A program made the translations under genes and the position numbers. DNA of 64,000 nucleotides from a virus. Positions 9,457 to 17,259 of the stretch are shown here, piece after piece. The stretch's first letter is position 1, and each line of letters starts with the position of its first letter. Under the pieces are notes generated by a model. That model did not search any database. It was not told the origin of the DNA and saw only the letters and a program-made list of their open reading frames with translations. Where the stretch lies: the IMG/VR virus record IMGVR_UViG_3300037511_000246, positions 2,550-66,549 of that record; one strand, given 5' to 3'.

Positions 9457-10208
9457 TGGGCGCACCTGGATTCGACGATGCCCCGCTTTGGACGACAATG
9501 AAAGCGTCGCTGCCTAAGAAGATTACGCTTGTCTATCCATACTATGACAATGCGCTGTTCTTGCACCATCAGTTGGAAGGCTGGCGCGCATTGCCTGACC
9601 ACATCCGAGACTGGCTGCGCATTATCATTGTTGATGATGGTTCTCCAAACATCCAGGCGAGGTCTGTGGTTGGATCGAGCCAGTGGCCTTTCGATGTCTC
9701 AGTGTACCGTATCGAAGTAGATATTCGATGGAACTGGCTGGCGGCAAGGAACATAGGTATGAACCATGCTGAAGAAGGATGGTGCGTGCTTACTGACATG
9801 GACCATGTCATTCCACAAGACACGTTCGACAGACTTCTTTATCGTTGGTACAATGAGAACATCATCTACAGGTTCAGTCGCCGTGAGCACACTGGTCAGT
9901 TGATACATCCGCATCCGAATTCGATGTTCATGACCAAGTCAATGTTCTGGAAGATTGGAGGGTATGATGAGGCATTGTCCGGTCACTATGGTACAGATGG
10001 TGACTGGCGCCGACGGTGCGCCGCTACTGCTTCAGTCAGAACCCTGCCGCACGAGCTCATCCGGCATGAGTATCAGCAGGACAGTTCTACGACATCGTAT
10101 CTGCGAAAGCAGCCGGAAGATGCAGGTAAGAAGGCGATCATTGCAAAGCGTGGGCCATCGTGGAAACCTCGGACACTGAGCTTTCCATATCACAAGGTGG
10201 AACTGTGA
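9456..10208 (+). CDS. family 2 glycosyltransferase
   Basis: 'LRIIIVDDGSP', 'ARNIG' and 'LTDMDHV' are GT2 (GT-A) hallmarks. No TM segment. RBS 'gggagg'. ATG overlaps the upstream TAA. Confidence 0.65.
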   Translation: MGAPGFDDAPLWTTMKASLPKKITLVYPYYDNALFLHHQLEGWRALPDHIRDWLRIIIVDDGSPNIQARSVVGSSQWPFDVSVYRIEVDIRWNWLAARNIGMNHAEEGWCVLTDMDHVIPQDTFDRLLYRWYNENIIYRFSRREHTGQLIHPHPNSMFMTKSMFWKIGGYDEALSGHYGTDGDWRRRCAATASVRTLPHELIRHEYQQDSSTTSYLRKQPEDAGKKAIIAKRGPSWKPRTLSFPYHKVEL

Positions 10209-10939
10209 GCGAAGTGCTTGACATCGTTTGCTGGAAGTGGAAGCCTGACCGGCCATACCGCAGCACCTACAATGGTGAGGCTGTGAACGTGCTTCGCAAT
10301 ATGGTGGCGCGTAACTACAGTGGCCCACACAGATTCTCATGCATCACTGATGATGCCAGTGGAATCGACCAAGCGATACGCGTGATACCTATTCGCGATG
10401 TGCACAAGGACGTGAGCAACCCGTCTAACAAGTCAAACCCTTCTTGCTACCGTCGTCTGTGGGCGTTCAGTGATGAGGCAAGGGCAGTCATTGGAGACCG
10501 CTTTGTATCGCTCGATCTTGACGTTGTCATCACAGGAAATCTGGATACGATGTTCAATCGTACAGAAGACTTTGTGATATGGGGTGGGCAGGCGCTTGGT
10601 CCTGGCAGACTTGGGTCTTATAACTGGTACAACGGCAGTCTGTGGATGCTGCGCGCAGGGACCAGAACCAAAGTATGGACAGAGTTCAATCCAGCTACCT
10701 CACCGCAAAAGGCACACGCGGCCGGATGCCGTGGGTCAGACCAAGGCTGGATCGCTCACTGTCTTGGACCAAAGGAAGCACGCTTCTCAGAAGGAGTTTA
10801 CTCTTTCAGGAATCATGTGATGCCAAACAAGGGTCGTCTGTTCAAAGATTCGAAGATCGTGATATTTCATGGTCGTCACGATCCATGGAACCCGGCTGTA
10901 CAGTTGCAGTATCCGTGGATTAAGGAGCACTACCGATGA
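10205..10939 (+). CDS. nucleotide-sugar transferase-like protein (DxD), paralog of 8797..9456
   Basis: 'CITDDASG', 'FVSLDLDVVI', 'SLWMLRAG...GSDQGWI' parallel the upstream paralog. RBS 'aggtgg'; GTGA overlap. Confidence 0.4.
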   Translation: MSEVLDIVCWKWKPDRPYRSTYNGEAVNVLRNMVARNYSGPHRFSCITDDASGIDQAIRVIPIRDVHKDVSNPSNKSNPSCYRRLWAFSDEARAVIGDRFVSLDLDVVITGNLDTMFNRTEDFVIWGGQALGPGRLGSYNWYNGSLWMLRAGTRTKVWTEFNPATSPQKAHAAGCRGSDQGWIAHCLGPKEARFSEGVYSFRNHVMPNKGRLFKDSKIVIFHGRHDPWNPAVQLQYPWIKEHYR

Positions 10940-11037
10940 ACAAGAAGACACAGCAGCGCAAGCCTTGTCAGGTGTGCATGCGCACCAGAAAGGTTCTGCG
11001 TCGTGTATTCAGAATTCCTGAGAGGGCAAAGAAGTGA
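10936..11037 (+). CDS. possible 33-aa basic CxxC peptide (not in ORF track)
   Basis: ATGA overlap with the upstream stop and GTGA overlap with the downstream start (coupling pattern). 'MNKKTQQRKPCQVCMRTRKVLRRVFRIPERAKK'. Confidence 0.25.
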   Translation: MNKKTQQRKPCQVCMRTRKVLRRVFRIPERAKK

Positions 11038-11408
11038 CTCAAGCAGGGCAGTTCAGACACGTGATTGAGATTCAGGCTCCGTCTGAAGAACAAGATACGT
11101 CTGGGCAAATGGAGACTTCGTTCTCAACCATCTACGAAGATATTCGCGCTGAGATAGTGCCGTTGTCAGGCCGAGAGTACATTGCGGCTCGACAGGTCGT
11201 TGCGGACGTGACAACGCGCATCAACATTCGTAGGTTGCCATTGGTGACTGCGAACTGCCGTATCCTTCGCACAATTGAGGATGACAGTCCGCCGACCGTA
11301 GAAGTCTACGATGTGCTGGCTGTATTGCCAGACCCAGTCAGCGGGTTGCGTTACATGAACTTGATGTGTGTGCAGCGCATCGCAGAGGGGTTCCGCCGTG
11401 GCGAATGA
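11034..11408 (+). CDS. head closure / head-tail adaptor protein (gp7-like, Phage_H_T_join)
   Basis: 124 aa. '...IRAEIVPLSGREYIAARQV...RINIRRLP...CRILR' fits the head-tail joining family. Position after the connector module. Confidence 0.6.
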   Translation: MTQAGQFRHVIEIQAPSEEQDTSGQMETSFSTIYEDIRAEIVPLSGREYIAARQVVADVTTRINIRRLPLVTANCRILRTIEDDSPPTVEVYDVLAVLPDPVSGLRYMNLMCVQRIAEGFRRGE

Positions 11409-11880
11409 ATCAGTCCAAGGTTCTGCTGCTCTTAAGGCCGCTCTCAAAGAGCTTGGCGATTTGAGCAAGCCAGAGTGGAAGTCAGTGCTTCGAGCGGCAG
11501 TGCGCAATCCGATGAATGCAGTGAAGAGACGCGCACAGTCCAACATCACGTCGTTCTCTCCCGGAAAGACGCCAGTGCATAAGACCTATCTTGGCAACTG
11601 GCGTAGTGCTGGCTTCGCTGCTAGAAGCATAGCCATGAAGGTGACGCTGAATCAGAGGACTGGGACAGCCACTGCTATTCTTGGCGTCGTCAAGGAAGCA
11701 TTCTATGCGCTGTCGTTCTTTGAGCTCGGTGTACCGAGTCGTGGAATACCGAGACAGCCGTGGCTCACGCCAGCTCTCGAGGCAAGCAAAGATGATGCGG
11801 TCCGACAGGTAGGAGATGCAATGCGCAAGCGCATCGATTCGATTGCAAAGAAACGCTACCGCGAAAGCATTGGAGGCTGA
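11398..11880 (+). CDS. HK97 gp10-family tail/neck component
   Basis: Sequence character and position. GTG start has RBS 'gagggg' 8 nt upstream. Confidence 0.55.
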   Translation: MANESVQGSAALKAALKELGDLSKPEWKSVLRAAVRNPMNAVKRRAQSNITSFSPGKTPVHKTYLGNWRSAGFAARSIAMKVTLNQRTGTATAILGVVKEAFYALSFFELGVPSRGIPRQPWLTPALEASKDDAVRQVGDAMRKRIDSIAKKRYRESIGG

Positions 11881-11881
11881 G

Positions 11882-12289
11882 ATGCTCGAGAAATCATTAG
11901 TGCCGTTTCTCGCGTCTCACACAGACGTCGTTTCGCTGATCGGTAGCGGCAGCATACTGCGCGTGTATCCGCTGATCATACCGCAGAAGCAACCTGCGAA
12001 AGATCAGATGCCGTGTATCGTCTACACAATTTCAGGAGAGCAGAGGCAAAAGAACTATTGTGGAACATCGCCGCTCGTACAGCTGATGTTCTCGCTCGAC
12101 TACTACGCAACGACAGCACTGAAGGCTCGAGAGCTTGCCAATGCTGTTAGAAACGTGCTGGTCGACTATCGAGGTCCGATGGGTGAGTTTCTGGTGAGCG
12201 ATGTCACGCTGGAGAACAGCATGACTCAGTACGACATGGAGCCGGGGCTCTTGCGTGTGATTGACATGTTTTCGATGTGGTATCAATAA
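11882..12289 (+). CDS. tail terminator / tail completion protein (DUF3168-like)
   Basis: ATG with RBS 'ggagg'. ~135 aa. Located between the gp10-like and major tail genes. Confidence 0.45.
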   Translation: MLEKSLVPFLASHTDVVSLIGSGSILRVYPLIIPQKQPAKDQMPCIVYTISGEQRQKNYCGTSPLVQLMFSLDYYATTALKARELANAVRNVLVDYRGPMGEFLVSDVTLENSMTQYDMEPGLLRVIDMFSMWYQ

Positions 12290-12300
12290 GGAGTACTACG

Positions 12301-12759
12301 ATGACCGACCGTGTTTTACTTGGTAATGACTTCAAGGTTCTGCTGGGCGACGAAAACTCACCGCCGAACTTCACGGACATGTGTGCCGCTGTCGACTTCG
12401 GTTCAGTTGGTGAGGAGAAGCCGCTCGTCGATGTGACCAGCTACTGCGATGATGCGCGTGCGTATCGCAATGGTCTGGCAGACGGTGTGGAAATTCCACT
12501 GCAGATGAACTACGTCAGTGGTGACGTTGCTGCGAAGGCGCTCTACACCGCCTACAAGAACGACGAGATCGTCCTGATCCGCATCCAGAAGAAAGGGCTG
12601 GCGGATGATTCGCCGGATGAAGAGCTCGAGTTCTTCGAGTTCAATGCCACTGTCCGTGCCTGGAACGTGGCCGGTGCCATCGGCGAGCGTGCGACGCTCA
12701 CCTTCACGCTGAAGGTCAGTGGCGAAGTGTTGTGGCAGACACCTGTTGTGGAGGGATGA
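12301..12759 (+). CDS. major tail (tube) protein
   Basis: ~150 aa. 'NFTDMCAAVDFGSVGEEKPLVDVTSY...' resembles small siphovirus tube proteins. RBS 'ggag'. Directly upstream of the chaperone and tape-measure genes. Confidence 0.65.
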   Translation: MTDRVLLGNDFKVLLGDENSPPNFTDMCAAVDFGSVGEEKPLVDVTSYCDDARAYRNGLADGVEIPLQMNYVSGDVAAKALYTAYKNDEIVLIRIQKKGLADDSPDEELEFFEFNATVRAWNVAGAIGERATLTFTLKVSGEVLWQTPVVEG

Positions 12760-12763
12760 TTAA

Positions 12764-13099
12764 GTGAAGCAGCAACTACTCGAAGCGGCTGTTCTCAGGA
12801 CTGACACTGTTCCGATCAATGGTCAGAAGGTGACAGTCCGAGAAGCTAGCACCGAGGCTTTCTCGAGGTACAGCGAACTGTCCAAGACGGACCGCGTCAG
12901 GGCGATGGCTTCATTGATCGCACACTGTGTGGTCGATGAAGCCGGTGTCGAGATGCTCACCGAAGAGGAGGCGATTCCACTGGCGAAGCTGGCGCGTACC
13001 GCTACGCCATTGATGAGCAAGCTCATGACTCTGTCTGGTCTCAAGATGGAGGATGAGAAAGAAGGAGACCAGCCGGAAAAACATCCTAACGCCGGATGA
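12764..13099 (+). CDS. tail assembly chaperone (gpG-like)
   Basis: Small acidic protein immediately before the tape measure. An overlapping downstream ORF in another frame follows. Confidence 0.65.
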   Translation: MKQQLLEAAVLRTDTVPINGQKVTVREASTEAFSRYSELSKTDRVRAMASLIAHCVVDEAGVEMLTEEEAIPLAKLARTATPLMSKLMTLSGLKMEDEKEGDQPEKHPNAG

Positions 13100-13472
13100 G
13101 CTATTCGACCATCGACTCGCTTCATTGCTTGGCTATTCAGACATAGAAGTAATGAAGCGGTCGATGTCCTATAGGTCATATACCGGCTGGAAGAAGTACT
13201 GGAACACTGAACCTTGGGGACCCTACAGAGACAACATGCACATCGGAATTCTTGCAAGAGAGATACGACGCATGGCACCTGGATCAAAGGTTCCAAAGTT
13301 AGAAGTGTTCATGATCAGGCCACCGATAGAGAGAGCACTGGAAATGAGCGGTAAGATTATGGCGTCGCTTGGCACACTTGCATCGCCTGCGACACCAGAA
13401 GCTCGTCGCAAACTTCGCAAGGCTCGTCTAGCCAGAAAGAAGGCACGACGAGTCAAGGGGACTAAGAAATGA
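12764..13472 (+). CDS. tail assembly chaperone frameshift fusion (gpGT-like); shift apparently -2/+1 near GAAAAAC at ~13076-13082
   Basis: The second frame is open from 13029 to 13472, overlapping the G ORF end (13099). Only A-run is 'ccgGAAAAAcat': Lys-tRNA on AAA can re-pair 2 nt upstream and then reads 'NILTPDE...'. A -1 shift hits a stop within 3 codons. Confidence 0.5.
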
Positions 13473-15271
13473 CAGATCTGGCAAAACTCGTCGTCAAGCT
13501 TGAGGCGCAGACTGCGCAGTTCTCGCAGCAGCTTGATATGATGACGAAGAAACTGAACACCTTCGATTCAGTTGCTAAGGGCATTGTCAAGAGCGTCGCT
13601 GGTGCCTTCGCTGGCTTCCAGGTACTGTCGTTTGCCAAGAGCGTCATTGACACAGCAGACCACATCAATGACATGTCGAAGACTCTTGGCGTGGCAGTCG
13701 AGGATTTGTCAAGGCTGCAATATGCAGCTGAGCAGTCAGGGACAGACTTGGATTCTCTTGGCGTAGGTCTGAAGAAACTTGCGAAGGCAGCGTCAGAAGC
13801 GGCTGGCGGCAGTAAGGAACAGAAGGAAGCATTCGATGATATAGGCGTCGCTGTTACAGATGCCAGTGGCAAGCTCAAGCCGATGCAGCAGATTCTGCTT
13901 GAGGTGGCCGAGAAGTTTTCCAACATGGAAGACGGCGCTGAGAAGGCAGCAGAGGCGCAGAAGATCTTTGGTAAAGCTGGCGCTGATCTCATTCCGTTGT
14001 TGAACGAAGGAGCTGCCGGTGTCCAGGCTTTGATGGATCAGGCAGACGCTCTTGGCATAACCTTGTCTACTGAGACTGCACAGGCTGCTGACGAGTTCAA
14101 TGATTCGCTGAATACGATGAAGGCGAACGCCATCGGAACGGCGCGTACCATCGTAGGTGTGCTGCTGCCAGCGTTGACAGCACTGTCCAAGGGTCTGAAC
14201 TCTATAGCGAGCGGCGCGGTATTTGTCTTCCAGACTATCGGTAAGGACATTGGCGCACTATCGGCGTCTGCTGTCACAGCAGTGCAGGGAGACTTCGCCA
14301 AGGCTGGTAAGATTCTGGATATGCGCAATGCTGACTTCGAAGCAGAAGCGCAGAGGTTCGCTGATAAGATCAACGGTATCTGGGAAGGCGTCAATATCTC
14401 TGAGGGTATCGACAAGCAGCTCAACACAGTTCTGTCAGAGGTGAAAGTCACCGCGAAGAAGATCGGCGATACTCTGAACAACAAGTTCAAGTTCGTAGGT
14501 CTTGAAGACATTCACATCAATGCTCAAAAGATCGACGTCTCTCCAATGGAGAACTTCTATAAAGAGCTCGACGATCTTACGCAGACATCGACCGAGAAGC
14601 AACTGGATCAGCTTGCCAAGATTGAGTCGGCGCTCAATGAGCTACAGGCAGCCCATCGTATCACCGCAGAAGAAGCCGCAAAGCGTTGGTCAGAAGCGCT
14701 TGATAGTGTACTTGATGAGGTTAAGGTAACGGCCAAGAAGGTCGGACCTGAGATCATGAAGGAATTCGACAAGGTCAATGAATATCAGCTTGAGCTCGCT
14801 CGCAACACTCAGGACATCATTGCGGACACGTTGGTGAACGGGTTCGATCATGGTGTCAAGGGTATGCTGAAGGCATTCGAAGATATGCTCACCAAGCTCG
14901 CAGCGCAAGCTGTCGCTGCTGATATTGGAAAGTATATATTTGGAAACATCGGTGCTGGCGGAACTGCCCCCGGTGGAAAGCTCGGCGGTCTGTTTGGAAA
15001 AGGCATGGACCTACTGAGCGGTCTGTTCGGCGGAACAAAGGACAGTGGTGGTCGTGGCAGTGCTGGTTCTGCGTACATGATTGGCACTGGCGCGCAGCCT
15101 GAGATGTTCGTTCCAGACTCTGCCGGCACCTTCTATCCGCGTGATCAGTGGTCGGGCGGCAATGGTGGTGTCAATAACTGGTACATACAAGGAACGGTTA
15201 GCGAGCAGACGCGTAGACAGCTAGATCTAGACGCACAACGTCGTCAACGTCAAGCATTGAGGTTCGTCTAA
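13469..15271 (+). CDS. tape measure protein
   Basis: 600 aa, alpha-helical/Ala-rich with a Gly-rich C-terminus. Canonical position after G/GT. Confidence 0.8.
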   Translation: MTDLAKLVVKLEAQTAQFSQQLDMMTKKLNTFDSVAKGIVKSVAGAFAGFQVLSFAKSVIDTADHINDMSKTLGVAVEDLSRLQYAAEQSGTDLDSLGVGLKKLAKAASEAAGGSKEQKEAFDDIGVAVTDASGKLKPMQQILLEVAEKFSNMEDGAEKAAEAQKIFGKAGADLIPLLNEGAAGVQALMDQADALGITLSTETAQAADEFNDSLNTMKANAIGTARTIVGVLLPALTALSKGLNSIASGAVFVFQTIGKDIGALSASAVTAVQGDFAKAGKILDMRNADFEAEAQRFADKINGIWEGVNISEGIDKQLNTVLSEVKVTAKKIGDTLNNKFKFVGLEDIHINAQKIDVSPMENFYKELDDLTQTSTEKQLDQLAKIESALNELQAAHRITAEEAAKRWSEALDSVLDEVKVTAKKVGPEIMKEFDKVNEYQLELARNTQDIIADTLVNGFDHGVKGMLKAFEDMLTKLAAQAVAADIGKYIFGNIGAGGTAPGGKLGGLFGKGMDLLSGLFGGTKDSGGRGSAGSAYMIGTGAQPEMFVPDSAGTFYPRDQWSGGNGGVNNWYIQGTVSEQTRRQLDLDAQRRQRQALRFV

Positions 15272-15867
15272 TGTTTATCGAAGAAAGAATTCTTGAGTGC
15301 GTCACGTTTGGCACAGCGATGGCGCCGACATGGCGGACGCGTAAGATTGCACTGAAGTCTGGCATCATGCGCAGAAATGCCATGCGGTCACGACCGTTGT
15401 ATCGGCTGACGCTCCAGTATAGAAACCTCGACCCAGATCGGCATGCAGAAGTGATCAATGCGTTCAACGCATGCATGGGTGGCGTACATAGCTTCCGTGT
15501 CAAGGATTGGTCAGACTTCACTGCTGATGATGAACTGCTGCCGGTGCTAGGTACTGGTGCGCCACAGTCAGTGCAGCTGATCAAGACCTATGCGTTTGGA
15601 AACGTAGAATTGGCGAGGTCGATCAGGAAGCCAGTAGCATCGACAGTGGTGGTAACAGCGAACGATGTGCCAATCTCAGCCTCGATCAGCACTGTTGGCG
15701 TAGCTACATTCACCGCAGCGTCTTCAGCGATTCTTAGGTGGAGTGGTGAATTCGATGTGCCGATGATGTTCGAGCAAGACGAGCTTCCGTTTACTGGTGA
15801 CGACAAAGGTCGCAATGGTCTGTTTCTGACAGGAGATGTTCCGCTGATCGAGGACATAGACGTATGA
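15271..15867 (+). CDS. distal tail protein (DUF2460 / TIGR02217, GTA g12-like)
   Basis: 198 aa. Character and position immediately after the TMP. Followed by a BR0599-like gene and a peptidase, as in RcGTA-like tails. Confidence 0.6.
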   Translation: MFIEERILECVTFGTAMAPTWRTRKIALKSGIMRRNAMRSRPLYRLTLQYRNLDPDRHAEVINAFNACMGGVHSFRVKDWSDFTADDELLPVLGTGAPQSVQLIKTYAFGNVELARSIRKPVASTVVVTANDVPISASISTVGVATFTAASSAILRWSGEFDVPMMFEQDELPFTGDDKGRNGLFLTGDVPLIEDIDV

Positions 15868-16838
15868 CTGCGATTGGCACAGTTCCAGAAGCGCTGCAAG
15901 ACCACCTTGACACTTCTGCCACTACTACTTGCAGACTGCTGAAGTTCAAGCTGAAGAGTGGCCTAGTGTTTGGGTTGACAACACTAGATGCAGACATTGT
16001 GTATGACGATGCCAGCGGCGATGGCGAGATCACCTACGTTGCAACGAATGGATTTGACCCATCGGCACTCGAAGGAGACATCAACTTCACTGTCGGGAAC
16101 GGCGAAGGCAATGCTCTGTTGAGCAATCCGATTCCTGGTATTACTGAAGAGATGATCCGCGCCGGTGAGATGGATGATGCTACGTGGGTTTGCTACCTTG
16201 TGAACTATAAAGCCATCGGCGACAGTCCTGGCAACGAGCACTTCATACTTGATGCTGGCGACGTCGGTCAGGTGAGAATCAAGTATGGCATGCTGTGGAT
16301 GCCTGAGCTTCTGAGCTATGTGATGCGTCTCAAGCAGCCGATCGGCAGTGTGTGGAGCAGAAAGTGCCGTGCCATATTTGGATCGTCGCCAAGTTCTCAG
16401 ACTGGCTGTGGCATTGACGTCACTTCTTTGTGGGTCGCTGGCTCAGTGTCATCTGTTGGCGGAGAGACAGATCGAACATTCACTGGCAGTGCTGTCGCTA
16501 CGCTACCGGCCACCAATTATCCTGCACGAGTACAGTTCTTGACTGGTGACAATGCTGGCCGAGAGTTCGCAGTCGAAGAAGTCAATGGTCTAGTGGTCGA
16601 CCTGATCGAGACTACGCCATATCCGATAGCTCCTGGCGACACATACCGTATGCGCAAGGATTGCCAGAAGCGGTACGAGGAAGACTGCATTGCGATCTAC
16701 AGCAATGGTCCGAACTTCAAAGGCGAGCCGCATATTCCAGTTGGTGATGGTACGCAGAGCCAGACACCATCTGCACAGTTACCCGGCGGAGGTGTGGTGA
16801 CGCACTTGGCTCGAGAGGTGATCGATGACCTCAGTTAA
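15864..16838 (+). CDS. tail hub protein (DUF2163 / 'BR0599' family, GTA g13-like)
   Basis: 'LDTSATTTCRLLKFKLKSGLVFGLTTLDADIVYDD...Y.A..GF' matches the N-terminal signature of TIGR02218-type proteins. Confidence 0.6.
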   Translation: MTAIGTVPEALQDHLDTSATTTCRLLKFKLKSGLVFGLTTLDADIVYDDASGDGEITYVATNGFDPSALEGDINFTVGNGEGNALLSNPIPGITEEMIRAGEMDDATWVCYLVNYKAIGDSPGNEHFILDAGDVGQVRIKYGMLWMPELLSYVMRLKQPIGSVWSRKCRAIFGSSPSSQTGCGIDVTSLWVAGSVSSVGGETDRTFTGSAVATLPATNYPARVQFLTGDNAGREFAVEEVNGLVVDLIETTPYPIAPGDTYRMRKDCQKRYEEDCIAIYSNGPNFKGEPHIPVGDGTQSQTPSAQLPGGGVVTHLAREVIDDLS

Positions 16839-17259
16839 CTGGCAGGCCGACTTCGTGCGAGAAGCGCGGGGATTGATTGGCGTCAAGTGGCGTCACCGTG
16901 GTCGAAAGCCGTGGGCCGTTGACTGCATCGGTCTCATTGCTCTCGCTGCTGAGCGTAGCCATGTTCCATTTGAAGATGAGCGTGGGTATGGTCGCGAGCC
17001 TTGGGACGATCAGATCAGAAAGGGCTGCCGTAAGCGTTGGGGAATGCCGATCGAACGCAGGGATGCGCGTGCCGCTGACATCGCTGTGGTGCGCTGGTAC
17101 AAGGCTGAACCTTCACACTTGGGGATCATAGCTGATCACCCAGATGGCGGTTTGTCGATCATACACGCGCACCTGATACATGGTGTGATAGAGCAAGGGA
17201 TTGACGACAACATGTTAGAGTGCATTGTTGAAGTCTATAGAATCAAGGTGTCACCATGA
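16825..17259 (+). CDS. NlpC/P60 family cell-wall peptidase (tail-associated)
   Basis: Catalytic 'VDCIGLI' Cys and a downstream His ('IIHAHLIHG'). GTA g14-like position. Confidence 0.7.
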   Translation: MTSVNWQADFVREARGLIGVKWRHRGRKPWAVDCIGLIALAAERSHVPFEDERGYGREPWDDQIRKGCRKRWGMPIERRDARAADIAVVRWYKAEPSHLGIIADHPDGGLSIIHAHLIHGVIEQGIDDNMLECIVEVYRIKVSP

